42,734 bases of DNA from Staphylococcus epidermidis (GCA_945879785.1 CAMCVC010000003.1:1-42734); one strand, 5' to 3'; shown: positions 16,766 to 27,363, counted from the first letter of the stretch. Numbers and translations are program-made. The notes: a model not told the origin generated them from the letters alone.

Positions 16766-18475
16766 ATGACCAAAGTCTTAAAGTTTAGCGAATATCCTTT
16801 ACACTTACCAAAATTCCCTAAGATTGAGAAGAAGTTTAATGTTTTGTTGGCTGAATTTGAATCTGCAAGCAATGCTCAAATTCAACGTCGAATTATGAAT
16901 AAAATCGGTAAATTTATGGATGAAGTTCAAACCGACTTCACGATCATATCTGTCCGTCACTCTATTGATACACGAGATGAAACGTATAAAAAAGCTAATG
17001 ATTTGATCAACGAAGTTGGCCCGATGGTCCAAGGTCTTGGCAATCGCTATTCAAAAGCAGTATTAGCAAGCAAACATCGCGTTGAACTTGAAAAAATAGT
17101 TGGATCTTTCTTATTTAAGAAATTAGAACTTGCGGCAAAAACTTTTGATCAAAAAATCCTTCAAGATTTACAAGAAGAAAACCGCCTCTCTACTGAATAT
17201 GATGCTTTAATGGCAAGTGCTCAAATTGCCTTTGATGGTGGAACCTATAACTTATCGCAAATGGGTAAGTTTGCCGTCAGTAAAGACCGTGATATCCGGA
17301 AACGTGCAAGCAAAGCAGTCGAGCAATGGATGGAAGAAAAAGAACAACCATTGGCTGACATCTACAGTAAATTAGTGACTCTACGTCATGGCATGGCGAA
17401 GAAATTAGGATATGGATCCTTTACCCAAATGGCATATGACAGAATGGGGAGAACTGATTACGGTCCTAAAGATGTCAAATCTTACCGCGATCAAATTCTT
17501 GAATCCGTCGTCCCTTTATCCAATAAGTTAACCAGACAACAAATCAAACGGATTGATGTACCAGCACCAAAGTTTTATGATTTAGCCATTCAATTCAAGG
17601 ATGGAAATGCCACACCTAAAGGTGATAAAAACTATTTAGTGAAAGCAGCATTAACCATGTATAAAGATATGGGTGAAGAAATTGGTGAGTTTTTCCAAGC
17701 GATGGTGGACCAAGAACTCTTAGATTTAGAAGCAAAACCAGGCAAACGTGGTGGTGGTTATATGACCTTTTTCCCTCGCTATCAAATGCCTTTTGTCTTC
17801 TCTAATTTTAATGGGACTGCCGGTGACGTTGATGTCTTAACCCACGAAATTGGCCATGCTTTCCAAGGGTTTATGTCAAGAAAAATTAAACCTGTTGAAT
17901 ACCGTGATCCAACGATGGAAGAAGCAGAAATTCATTCGATGTCGATGGAATTCTTTGCAACACCATACATGGAATCTTTCTTTAAAGAAGATAAAGATAA
18001 ATACTTATTTGGTCACTTAGAAGGTGCCATTGTCTTCTTACCCTATGGTGTCACCGTCGATGAATTCCAACACTGGGTTTATGAAAATCCAACCGTCACC
18101 CACGATCAACGTTGTGCCAAGTGGCGTGAGATTGAACTTAAATACACCCCTTATAAGAAATACACTGGATTCCCTTTATACGAAAAGGGTGCTCGCTGGA
18201 TGAGACAAGCCCATATTTATTCTTCACCCTTCTACTATATTGACTACACCCTGGCTCAAGTGATCGCCTTACAATTCTTAGGTTTGATGAAGAAAAATCA
18301 TGCTAAAGCCTGGAAAAAATATGTCAAAGTTTGTTCCCTTGGAGGCAAGTACCCATTCACTCAACTATTAGAAAAAGCCAAACTCAAGAATCCATTCTTA
18401 GACGGTACCATCAAGAAAACCTTTAGACCTGTTAAAAAGTTATTGAAAGAATACGGTCAAAAGTTCCAAGCTTAA
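16766..18475 (+). CDS. M3 family oligoendopeptidase (PepF-like)
   Basis: HEIGH zinc motif, EIHSMSME, PFYYIDY. The start is placed at ATG 16766, after the GGAGG SD. Confidence 0.92.
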   Translation: MTKVLKFSEYPLHLPKFPKIEKKFNVLLAEFESASNAQIQRRIMNKIGKFMDEVQTDFTIISVRHSIDTRDETYKKANDLINEVGPMVQGLGNRYSKAVLASKHRVELEKIVGSFLFKKLELAAKTFDQKILQDLQEENRLSTEYDALMASAQIAFDGGTYNLSQMGKFAVSKDRDIRKRASKAVEQWMEEKEQPLADIYSKLVTLRHGMAKKLGYGSFTQMAYDRMGRTDYGPKDVKSYRDQILESVVPLSNKLTRQQIKRIDVPAPKFYDLAIQFKDGNATPKGDKNYLVKAALTMYKDMGEEIGEFFQAMVDQELLDLEAKPGKRGGGYMTFFPRYQMPFVFSNFNGTAGDVDVLTHEIGHAFQGFMSRKIKPVEYRDPTMEEAEIHSMSMEFFATPYMESFFKEDKDKYLFGHLEGAIVFLPYGVTVDEFQHWVYENPTVTHDQRCAKWREIELKYTPYKKYTGFPLYEKGARWMRQAHIYSSPFYYIDYTLAQVIALQFLGLMKKNHAKAWKKYVKVCSLGGKYPFTQLLEKAKLKNPFLDGTIKKTFRPVKKLLKEYGQKFQA

Positions 18476-18489
18476 TCCAACGCAGAAAG

Positions 18490-18520
18490 AAAAAAACTAG
18501 TGTAAAACCTAGTTTTTTTT
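18490..18520 (+). terminator. Rho-independent terminator
   Basis: AAAAAAACTAG-TGTAAAAC-CTAGTTTTTTT inverted repeat with T-tract. Confidence 0.75.
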
Positions 18521-18658
18521 ATTTTAAAAAACTTGAACAAAGTAGGTTACATAAGTCAAGAAATATTTATTATTTTTTTCTTGAAAATAATCTTTACAAT
18601 TCTATTCCTATGGTATGATGAATTCATAACTAATTGAGTCTTTTTGGAGGCATCAAAC

Positions 18659-20215
18659 ATGGAAGTTAGGTTAGAAAATTTAACCAAAATTTTTGAAAGT
18701 AAAAATTCAGAAAGGACCATTGCGGTTAATAACTTTAATTTTACAATTCCTGATGGAAAACTAGTCGGCTTACTTGGGCCATCTGGGTGCGGTAAATCCA
18801 CTACTTTATATATGATTTCTGGTTTACTTTATCCTACTCAAGGGAGAATCTTTTTTGGTGATGAAGATGTCACTGAACTATCTCCTGAACAACGTGGGAT
18901 AGGTTTGGTCTTTCAAAACTACGCATTGTATCCTCATATGACGGTAAGAAAAAACATTAGTTTTCCTTTGGAAAACATGAATCTAAAAAAGACGAATGTC
19001 GATGACGCTATTCAGAAGGCAAATCTCTCTATCTCACCAAAAGAATCAAAAATTTATTATCAATTCTTAAAAGACGCCATTGTTTTAAAAAACAAATTCA
19101 AACGCCTTGAAAGTGAAGCCAAAGCTGTCTACCAATCTAAACGCCTTGATTTGATCAAAGCCAAGCAATCCAATGGTATCAAGAACTTAAAAAACGAATT
19201 TACTCTACAATTAAAATCCTTTCAAACTGAATATCAAACTGCCCTTGCCAAATTAACACCTAAAAATCTTAAGGAATTAATCTCTTTTATAAACTTGAGT
19301 TATGAAACCATTAATAAGGGTTATCAAACCAAGAAACGTCAACTCATCCTTCAAAGTTTAATCAATCCTACTCAATGGGTTAACTTCCAAGAAAAACTTT
19401 GGAAAAAACTTTCTAATGTTGTTCCTAACCAATTAAAACAAGTCGAAGAAGCTCGATATAAAAACTATTCACAATTTATAAATGATGAAGTGGTTGCCAT
19501 GGCCAAACTTGTCGGGATTGAAGATCAATTAAAAAAGAAACCCGCCCAATTATCTGGTGGTCAACAGCAACGGGTAGCGATTGCTAGAGCCTTGGTCAAG
19601 AAACCTAAGGTCTTATTATTGGATGAACCGTTATCCAATCTTGATGCCCGATTAAGACTGCAAACTCGTGAAGAAATTAAACGGATTCAAAAAGAAACTG
19701 GTATTACCACTGTATTTGTGACTCACGATCAAGAAGAAGCCATGTCAATTTCTGATGAAATCGTCTTGATGAATTTTGGGGCGGAACAACAAAAAGGTAA
19801 TCCCCAAGAAGTCTATAACCAACCACAAAACTTATTTGTTGCTAAGTTTTTAGGGATGCCACAAATCAATCTTTACCAAGCCACCATCAAACAAGGGAAG
19901 GCATACTTACAAAACCAAGTTGTGTTTGAGTCAAAGAAACTAGGTAACTTTGAAGGTTCCGTTTTAGTTGGAGTAAGACCAGAAGGGTATGAAATTGATG
20001 ATAAGGGAGCCTTATCTTTGCAACCTCAATTTGTTGAAATGATTGGTCGTGATATGTCACTTGTCGCTTCTCACCCTGATGCTTTAACCCCTAGCATCCG
20101 TGTTGTATTGGCCATGGATGAGTTCAAATTTAATCCTAATCAAGTGATACGAATGAAACTCAAACCTCATAAAACTTTTATTTTTGAAAAAGACACTGGC
20201 CGGAGGCTTGCATAA
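18659..20215 (+). CDS. CUT1 (MalK/UgpC-like) ABC transporter ATP-binding protein with large insertion
   Basis: Walker [11 protein letters not shown]-loop [38 protein letters not shown] and a C-terminal TOBE-like region. The start is placed at ATG 18659, after GGAGG. Confidence 0.92.
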   Translation: MEVRLENLTKIFESKNSERTIAVNNFNFTIPDGKLVGLLGPSGCGKSTTLYMISGLLYPTQGRIFFGDEDVTELSPEQRGIGLVFQNYALYPHMTVRKNISFPLENMNLKKTNVDDAIQKANLSISPKESKIYYQFLKDAIVLKNKFKRLESEAKAVYQSKRLDLIKAKQSNGIKNLKNEFTLQLKSFQTEYQTALAKLTPKNLKELISFINLSYETINKGYQTKKRQLILQSLINPTQWVNFQEKLWKKLSNVVPNQLKQVEEARYKNYSQFINDEVVAMAKLVGIEDQLKKKPAQLSGGQQQRVAIARALVKKPKVLLLDEPLSNLDARLRLQTREEIKRIQKETGITTVFVTHDQEEAMSISDEIVLMNFGAEQQKGNPQEVYNQPQNLFVAKFLGMPQINLYQATIKQGKAYLQNQVVFESKKLGNFEGSVLVGVRPEGYEIDDKGALSLQPQFVEMIGRDMSLVASHPDALTPSIRVVLAMDEFKFNPNQVIRMKLKPHKTFIFEKDTGRRLA

Positions 20216-21141
20216 TGTTAGATCACAAACGTGATTTAAAAGCTTGGTTTTATCTAGCCATCCCATTGTTTTTAATGTCGATCTTCACCTTTTATCCTCT
20301 GGTTAAAACTTTATTAATATCGGTTTTTTCAGAATATAATCCACTGACGGACGATTTTGGTCGTTATTTTGATTTTTATGCTTATCTTGCCGTCTTCAAT
20401 GATCGCTTTTTCATTCAATCATTATCCAATTCAATGGTCCTTGTTTTTGTTTCTGTTCCGATTTCCACCATTCTCGCCTTGTTAATTGCCGTGGCTTTAA
20501 ATTCAATCAAAGGTTTACAAAAAATCTTCCAAACCATTTTTTTCTTACCTTATGTGACCAACGCCCTTGCCATTGGGATGGTTTTTAATGTTATGTTTTC
20601 TCATCCATTGGTTTCCGGCATCGCTGCAGAAGGATTGATTAATACATTATTTCAAACCAGCATTGATTGGGTTGGCCCGACGGCAACCTATGACCGCTGG
20701 ATGTTGGTCGTCCTCATTTACTCCATTTGGAATGGGCTAGACTTTAAAATTCTAGTCTTTATCGGTGGATTACAAAGTATTTCAAAACAGTATTATGATG
20801 CGGCTAAAGTGGATGGGGCTCCCAAAAAACGTGTCTTTTCTAAAATTACCATCCCTTTACTTTCTCCAATCATTTCTTACATTTTGGTCACCTCATTCAT
20901 TGGTGCTTTTAAATCCTATGAATCGGTCCTTGCCGTCGTTGGATCTGCTGGGAGAAGTTTAGATCGTGACCGGTGGACTGCCGTTGCTTATATTTACGAC
21001 AAAATAGGCGTTGCTGGGGTCGATTTAAATGGTATTTCTTATTACTCACGGGGCGCAGCCTCTGCGGTTGTTTTGTTTGGCATTATCATGGTGTTTACCT
21101 TCGTGAATTTGTACATCAGTAAACGTACGGTTCACTACTAA
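20215..21141 (+). CDS. CUT1 ABC transporter permease (MalF/UgpA-like)
   Basis: Multiple TM segments, FFLPYVT, EAA motif YYDAAKVDGA...ITIPLL. Confidence 0.92.
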   Translation: MLDHKRDLKAWFYLAIPLFLMSIFTFYPLVKTLLISVFSEYNPLTDDFGRYFDFYAYLAVFNDRFFIQSLSNSMVLVFVSVPISTILALLIAVALNSIKGLQKIFQTIFFLPYVTNALAIGMVFNVMFSHPLVSGIAAEGLINTLFQTSIDWVGPTATYDRWMLVVLIYSIWNGLDFKILVFIGGLQSISKQYYDAAKVDGAPKKRVFSKITIPLLSPIISYILVTSFIGAFKSYESVLAVVGSAGRSLDRDRWTAVAYIYDKIGVAGVDLNGISYYSRGAASAVVLFGIIMVFTFVNLYISKRTVHY

Positions 21142-21156
21142 AGGGAGGGAAATGAA

Positions 21157-22095
21157 ATGATTACCATGGCATCCTTACCCCGTCAAGATTATCAAAGTTC
21201 AAAACTTCGAGTTCAACGAAGAAATCAATTTTTTTCAGGCTTATTAACTTACTCATTCCTTAGCGTGATGGCAGTCATTATCATCATCCCTTTTTATTGG
21301 ATGTTAAATGTATCCTTTCAAAGTAACAATGAAGTTTTAAATTCTTTAAATGTAAGTTTTTTTCCTAAAGTTTTCTCTCCACAAAACTATGTCAACACGT
21401 TCTTTTATAGTTCTTCTGCACAAGGAAATATTGATTTTTCTAGGTACTTACTCAATACCACCATCGTTGCTGTGTTTAGTACCTTAGGCGGCACGTTGTT
21501 TTCAATCTTTGTTGCCTTTTCTTTGGCGAGGTTGAACTTCAAAGGAAGAGACCTCATTTTTACCATCCTTCTTGCCACCATGATGATCCCTGGAGAAATG
21601 TTGGTCATCTCTAACTTTGTAACGGTATCTCGGTTGGGTTGGGTGAATGCAAACAATGAAGGTTCCTATTTAGCTGTCATCATTCCTTTTCTGGTTTCTA
21701 TCTTTCATATCTATTTACTTAGACAAACCTTTAAACAAATTCCTAATGAGCTTTATTACGCTGCAAAAGTCGATGGGTGTACAGATTTTAAATATTTATG
21801 GCAAATCATGGTGCCGATGGCGAAATCTTCGATTGTGACGATCATCATTCTTCGGGTGATGGGGACTTGGAATGCTTATATTTGGCAAGACTTGGTTGCC
21901 AATGAGCGCTTCAAGATGATCACCACCTGGTTAAGAAGTTCATTTGTGGATTCAGATGCCACTGGTTCTGGACGAGTCTTAATTAATTACCAAATGGCAG
22001 CTACTGTTATTGTGACAGTTCCCCTATTATTGCTATTCTTTTTCTTTAGAAAATACATCATGAGGGGGGTTTCAAGAAGCGGCATAAAGGGTTAA
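21157..22095 (+). CDS. CUT1 ABC transporter permease (MalG/UgpE-like)
   Basis: PFYWM, TMMIPGE, EAA motif ELYYAAKVDG, WNAYIW. Confidence 0.92.
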   Translation: MITMASLPRQDYQSSKLRVQRRNQFFSGLLTYSFLSVMAVIIIIPFYWMLNVSFQSNNEVLNSLNVSFFPKVFSPQNYVNTFFYSSSAQGNIDFSRYLLNTTIVAVFSTLGGTLFSIFVAFSLARLNFKGRDLIFTILLATMMIPGEMLVISNFVTVSRLGWVNANNEGSYLAVIIPFLVSIFHIYLLRQTFKQIPNELYYAAKVDGCTDFKYLWQIMVPMAKSSIVTIIILRVMGTWNAYIWQDLVANERFKMITTWLRSSFVDSDATGSGRVLINYQMAATVIVTVPLLLLFFFFRKYIMRGVSRSGIKG

Positions 22096-22162
22096 CCAAT
22101 CCTTTACATTTAAGGTTCTTAAATTTTAACAAGAATGTTATAATTTCAATGGAGGAAGTTGA

Positions 22163-23629
22163 ATGCATATTTTAAAGAAAAGTAGTTCACTAATTTTACT
22201 CGTTGCAGTTGGCATGATTTTAACTGCTTGCGAAACAAGAACGTCATCTGAGGATAGCAATCAAAGTTCCAATGAACCAGTCATTCGAAAAATTGTGGAC
22301 TGGCATGAGCTATCCCCTGACACCACGTTTGACACGACCAATGATGTTTCCATCACCTTTTGGCATCGAATGGGTGCTTCAAGTCAATTAATCGTTCAAC
22401 GTTGGATTAATGAATTTAAAGTCCTTTATCCTAATGTGACGGTCCTAGAAGAAAAAGTGGCCACCGATTATAACGCCCTTTCAAGCAAGGTTGCTTTATC
22501 GATTGCTTCTGGAACTGAACCAGACATCGTTGAAAGTTACCCTGACCATGTCGCCCGTTATGCTCAAGCCAAATCACCCTTAGCTTTAAATCATTTTATT
22601 AATCACCCTACCTTAGGCTTATCTCAAGAAGAGGTGGATGATTTTTTACCTGGTTTATGGAATGAAGGTCAAAGTTATGACAATGCCGGGACGATTTTAT
22701 CATTACCGTTTACAAAATCATCCGAAGGTTTCTTTTATAATAAGGGCTATTTTGAATTACATGGGTATGACGTGCCAACAACCTGGGATGAAGTCTTCAC
22801 CATTGCTGAAGATATTAAGACCAGAGAAGCAGACGCGATCCCTTTTGGCTATGATTCCAGTGACAACTTATTCATCACCGCTTCAAAACAATGGGGTGCG
22901 CCATACACTGGATATAACTTAAACACCGGTAATGGTGAAGTTCAATTCAATAATCCTCAATCCAAAGCCATGGTGAAGTTTTTCAAAGATAAGGTGGATC
23001 GTGGTTTAATGATAACCCGAGACCTTAATGGTGAATCCTTTACCTCGGATATTTTTAAAACCAATCAAAAACTTTATATGTATGTTGGTTCTACGGGTGG
23101 AACTCGATACGCGATTGAAGGGATGCAAGCCGGTGTCTTTAATAGCGGTGCCTTCAAAGTTGGGGTTGCGCCATTACCATCCAAAGATGCTTCCGTGAAA
23201 GCGCAAATTCAACAAGGTCCTAATATAAATTTACTTAAAAAAGCTGATGAGCAACGCATGATTGCCGCCTGGTTATTTGCTAAATACATGACCTCGGCAG
23301 AAAACAGTGCCCAATTTGCCATTCCTTCTGGGTATGCTCCAATTCGTTATTCATCGTATGAAACCGCCTTATGGACAAACTATGTCAATGCCATTGTTGA
23401 TAATCCAACCACCATTTCTCAAGCGGTCGCTAAGCTTGTGAAAGAAGCCATTGAAATGTTTTTAGAAAATGGCGATGTTTTCTTTACATCCGCCGTCTTC
23501 AATTTAAGTTCTAAAACCCGTACTGAAGTAGGAGAATTATTAACAAAAATTTTCGCTTACAAAGAATCGGATTTAGACGCATTTATTGACGCTGAGTATC
23601 AAGATAGTTTTGACTTTATTGTGAATTAG
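22163..23629 (+). CDS. Extracellular solute-binding lipoprotein (family 1)
   Basis: Lipobox LTAC, ITFWH, PDIVESYPDHV, LPFTKSSE..FYNK, PTTWDE, GSTGG, QQGPNI, SGYAPIR. It has its own TGnTATAAT promoter and GGAGG SD. Confidence 0.9.
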   Translation: MHILKKSSSLILLVAVGMILTACETRTSSEDSNQSSNEPVIRKIVDWHELSPDTTFDTTNDVSITFWHRMGASSQLIVQRWINEFKVLYPNVTVLEEKVATDYNALSSKVALSIASGTEPDIVESYPDHVARYAQAKSPLALNHFINHPTLGLSQEEVDDFLPGLWNEGQSYDNAGTILSLPFTKSSEGFFYNKGYFELHGYDVPTTWDEVFTIAEDIKTREADAIPFGYDSSDNLFITASKQWGAPYTGYNLNTGNGEVQFNNPQSKAMVKFFKDKVDRGLMITRDLNGESFTSDIFKTNQKLYMYVGSTGGTRYAIEGMQAGVFNSGAFKVGVAPLPSKDASVKAQIQQGPNINLLKKADEQRMIAAWLFAKYMTSAENSAQFAIPSGYAPIRYSSYETALWTNYVNAIVDNPTTISQAVAKLVKEAIEMFLENGDVFFTSAVFNLSSKTRTEVGELLTKIFAYKESDLDAFIDAEYQDSFDFIVN

Positions 23630-23654
23630 CCCAATCCTTAAAGGAGGAAAACAT

Positions 23655-26396
23655 ATGTTTAAAAAAATGGGTATGACGTTAGTCGTTGTCGGGGCGATTA
23701 CCTTAGCAGGTTGTGTTGAGGCATCGTCATCAACGCCAGCCTCGTCGAGTGAAGCATCGTCAAGTGTTGCTGTGGATCCTGCTTTAGCAAAATTGCAGTC
23801 CGCATATGATTCATTGGGTGGATTGGTTGCTGATCCAACCAATATCACCACAGGATTCCAAGTTCCTGTTAATTTAGCCAATGGTGTCACTGCCACCTGG
23901 ACCTCTGCGGAACCTGGTGTTCTAGGTTTCTCAACCACACCTGTCAATGGATTAATCAATGCCACCGTCAATCGTCCAGCCAAAGATAATGGCGATGCTG
24001 CATTCAATATTTTTGCAGATTTATCGATTGCTGCTGAATTAACTGCTGGCAATTTAACCCTTCGCTGGACACAAGCTGTAACCGTTAAACAAAACACTGT
24101 CGAACTGATTGTCATTAATTCGATTGCTGATATTCTTGCCTTAAGAGATCCTTCACTGGATCGTACCTTAAATGTCACCTTAGCAAACTTGACCATCTTC
24201 GCCCGATCGGGTGGGGAAGCATTTGCTTATGATGGTACCGGAATCATTCAAATTTATCGCGGTGCTGCTGAAAACTTAACGGTTGGTAGAGTCTATACCA
24301 TTTCTGGTTTGATTGACTGGTATTTCGGTATTTGGGAAATTGTTGATTCCACTGCGGAAGAACAAGTCAACGCCACCCCACAAACGCCAACCAAAGAAAC
24401 CGTCACTGGCGTCTTAGGTAAAGTGAATCGTCTCACGGGTGAAGGCGCGCATTTATCCGCGGGTCAAAATGCTGCTGCAGGAAACTTTGAACCAATCTTT
24501 GCCAGCGTCACTGGTAAGGTTGCCATCATTGCCGATCGTCCAGCCAATTACAACACGTATATTTTAGACAAGGACATGGAACCTGCAGCGTTTGTTGCCG
24601 GTACTGCCTCTGTCCCAGCAAATGCGTTGCTTGTTTACTATCAAACAGTCGATTATAACTTGATTAAAGCATTCGACGGCATTGAAATTACCATCGATGT
24701 CGTGATTTATACGTTCCGGTCTGATCAACGTGCCTTTGCCGTTTACTATGTCGGTGGTCCAACTGGGATTACCGCTAACTTAACTGATGCGCAAGCACAA
24801 ACCATTGATGCGGCAGCACTTAGCTTACCAGCATCCATCACCGACGCGACAACCTTAACGTTGCCAGCAACCGGTACCAATGGTGGTAGTGCCATCACTT
24901 GGTCGTCGTCAAATTCAGATGTAATCAATGTCACCACCGGCGCTGTCACCATCCCCAATCCAGCCGTGGTTGTCACTGTCACCGCATCGATCCTTAAAGG
25001 TGAAGGACCAGCCTTGGTTCGGACCTTTGAAGTTGTGGTTGGTCTATTAGAAAATACAACAATGGCAGCCTTGTTAACGAAATCTGTTGGCAACGTTGCT
25101 TATTCAGAAGCAGAAGTTGTTTATTTGGCTGCGGATAAGCGCTCTGCAGTCTTAGCAGATGCAACAGGTTATGGCTATATCTTTAATTCCGTTGCCTTAG
25201 ATATTACCTTAGGTCAATTCATCGGTGCTAGTTACACCGTTGGCATTTACCGTGGTTTAGTCCAAATGACTGCTGTGAAGTTAGTCGCACCTAAAGGTGT
25301 TGATCCAAACATCACACCAGCCGCTCAAGTGATGACGGCAACAGAAGCCTCACCATTGACGTCAGCTGCCGCATGGGCTCCAGCGTTTGTCACCATGACC
25401 TTAGTTGGCTACGCAAGTGGCAACTTTACCAATGGTTATTTAGCTGGCTTCGGAACCAATTTCATTCAAACGAATAACGCACCAACCTCGTTGAGAGATA
25501 AGAAGTTTACAGTTACTGGTTGGTTGACTGGCCGTGGAAGTGCCACCCCAGCTCAATCCCTCACGTTAATTTCAACCTTAGACTATGCCGCTGTTGCTGC
25601 TGCTGCAACTGATCCAACCGATGCGGAAAAGTTAGCGCTAGCTACCCAACGTTATGTCGCTCCAGTTGCTAACCCGACCTTAACGAGCAATTTAACCTTA
25701 CCAACAACCTATACAGTCCCAGGAACAACTATCGTTGCTAACCTTGTTTGGACCTCAAATAATCCAAGTGTGATTTCTAATTCAGGTGAGGTGACACGTC
25801 CTGCTTTTGGTCAACCAAATGCTAATGTGACCTTAAGTTATGTCATGTCTATTGGCGCTCAAGAAAATGCTGCAGTTCAAATTGCTTATACTGTCATAGC
25901 TGCTGAACAAAATCAATCAGCGCAACCAGTCGTGGTTACAGCTGCTTATCCAGGTGGTGGTACAACAAACATGCAAGCATCCCCAGCCAATAATGCAGCA
26001 TCAATTGGATTAGATGCCAGTCTATTCACTGTCTTATCTATTAAAAATGGCGCATCAACTGAAATTGGTTTAAACACTGCCGGACAAATCCGTTTGTATG
26101 CCTTAAGAACTGATGGTAATGGTAATACGCTATCAATTGCTATTGGATCGGGTTATGCCATTACTGGTGTAGAAATTGTTTTCGGTGCGTCTACAAACAG
26201 TCCTACTGCAAACTTAGTCCTTGGATCTCAAACAACAGCACTCATTGCGGCAGATTTATTAAATGCGACTAAAACTTACTCTAGCCTTGATGTCACCTCT
26301 TTCTCACTCAAAAATACTCAAAATACTGGCGGAACAGGTTCAAGCGCTCAAATTTATATCTTATCAATCAAGATAACCTACATCGCTCAAGCTTAG
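23655..26396 (+). CDS. Large modular surface lipoprotein (repeated Ig-like and OB-fold-like domains)
   Basis: Lipobox LAGC and Ser-rich linker. Three 'LP...W(T/S)S..P/S.V...V.RP' Ig-like repeats and two 'D(G/A)TG...Y/F...G.......Y.G...' OB-like repeats. Strong AGGAGG SD. Confidence 0.8.
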   Translation: MFKKMGMTLVVVGAITLAGCVEASSSTPASSSEASSSVAVDPALAKLQSAYDSLGGLVADPTNITTGFQVPVNLANGVTATWTSAEPGVLGFSTTPVNGLINATVNRPAKDNGDAAFNIFADLSIAAELTAGNLTLRWTQAVTVKQNTVELIVINSIADILALRDPSLDRTLNVTLANLTIFARSGGEAFAYDGTGIIQIYRGAAENLTVGRVYTISGLIDWYFGIWEIVDSTAEEQVNATPQTPTKETVTGVLGKVNRLTGEGAHLSAGQNAAAGNFEPIFASVTGKVAIIADRPANYNTYILDKDMEPAAFVAGTASVPANALLVYYQTVDYNLIKAFDGIEITIDVVIYTFRSDQRAFAVYYVGGPTGITANLTDAQAQTIDAAALSLPASITDATTLTLPATGTNGGSAITWSSSNSDVINVTTGAVTIPNPAVVVTVTASILKGEGPALVRTFEVVVGLLENTTMAALLTKSVGNVAYSEAEVVYLAADKRSAVLADATGYGYIFNSVALDITLGQFIGASYTVGIYRGLVQMTAVKLVAPKGVDPNITPAAQVMTATEASPLTSAAAWAPAFVTMTLVGYASGNFTNGYLAGFGTNFIQTNNAPTSLRDKKFTVTGWLTGRGSATPAQSLTLISTLDYAAVAAAATDPTDAEKLALATQRYVAPVANPTLTSNLTLPTTYTVPGTTIVANLVWTSNNPSVISNSGEVTRPAFGQPNANVTLSYVMSIGAQENAAVQIAYTVIAAEQNQSAQPVVVTAAYPGGGTTNMQASPANNAASIGLDASLFTVLSIKNGASTEIGLNTAGQIRLYALRTDGNGNTLSIAIGSGYAITGVEIVFGASTNSPTANLVLGSQTTALIAADLLNATKTYSSLDVTSFSLKNTQNTGGTGSSAQIYILSIKITYIAQA

Positions 26397-26406
26397 TTGA
26401 TCATGG

Positions 26407-26437
26407 AAAAAGGATGCCTGATAAGCTTCCTTTTTTT
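26407..26437 (+). terminator. Rho-independent terminator after large lipoprotein
   Basis: AAAAAGGATGC-CTGATAA-GCTTCCTTTTT imperfect hairpin with T-tract. Confidence 0.7.
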
Positions 26438-26556
26438 ATTTGCTTTATAATTAGAGCAAGTATGCACAAACAAGTAATTTTCTTATTAAATATGTCCATT
26501 ATGATTTCAACAAATGACTACCTTTAAACAAACGTACCACATTAAGGATGATTTAA

Positions 26557-27363
26557 ATGAACAGGATAACGTCTAAAATAATCTTATATTTAATAGGTGT
26601 TTCCATTGGAAGTTACTTGCTTGCAACGTATGTTGAAGCGGCGAAAACCAGTGATTTTTTAATCAATCAAAAACAACGAATTGAAGACGATAAGCATGGA
26701 CTAGTATTAGCAACGGCCCTCGCCAACGGTCATGGGGAATATGATGCGTTTGTCTTTGAAGAACCACTTCTAAATTTACAAATTGATGAAGATGATATTC
26801 AAATGGAATTGGATGTTTATCGATTGGTTTATATAAATGATGACAGTTTCACCTTTAACCTAGCTATCCTCATGAGCAATGTCACCTTTGAACCAAATAC
26901 GGGTTTACTGATTGACGATGAACATCAAATCAAGATTGAAATTATCTTTAATCAATCCATCACGGTGAACAATGCGATCCAAAATGAATTCATTGAGACA
27001 CCCATCTCTTTATATAGTGATGAAGAAAAACTCGCTATTTTTGAAGTGAATCCGTTAATCAATAACTACCCATCTTTACTCATCAGTTCTATGCAAATTG
27101 GATATCTGAATGTGAATACTTCAATTCAATATGTTTATCAACTTACTGAACAACAGTTAAACGCGATTCAATTGAATAAGATTATTCTCAATGACTTGTC
27201 TATCGATGCATATCAACGACAGGATGTTGTTTACGATCCAAGTTTACTCACGAGTTTACGTCAGCTCAATTGGTATTATGTATCTCACTTTTCTGTTTAT
27301 ATTGGTTTAGTGCTGACCTTAGGATACTTGATCTTTTTAAAACCAAAAAAGGTAAAACAATAG
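26557..27363 (+). CDS. Hypothetical membrane protein (N- and C-terminal TM, acidic extracytoplasmic domain)
   Basis: 268-aa ORF with SD AAGGA, hydrophobic segments at both ends and a basic C-terminal tail. No recognisable motif. Confidence 0.7.
   Translation: MNRITSKIILYLIGVSIGSYLLATYVEAAKTSDFLINQKQRIEDDKHGLVLATALANGHGEYDAFVFEEPLLNLQIDEDDIQMELDVYRLVYINDDSFTFNLAILMSNVTFEPNTGLLIDDEHQIKIEIIFNQSITVNNAIQNEFIETPISLYSDEEKLAIFEVNPLINNYPSLLISSMQIGYLNVNTSIQYVYQLTEQQLNAIQLNKIILNDLSIDAYQRQDVVYDPSLLTSLRQLNWYYVSHFSVYIGLVLTLGYLIFLKPKKVKQ

Noticed and set aside
23573-25093. Long antisense ORFs (207 aa and 115 aa) opposite the large lipoprotein
   Set aside because: They are shadow frames of an Ala/Thr/Val-rich gene, with no SD, no motifs and complete overlap with a well-supported CDS.
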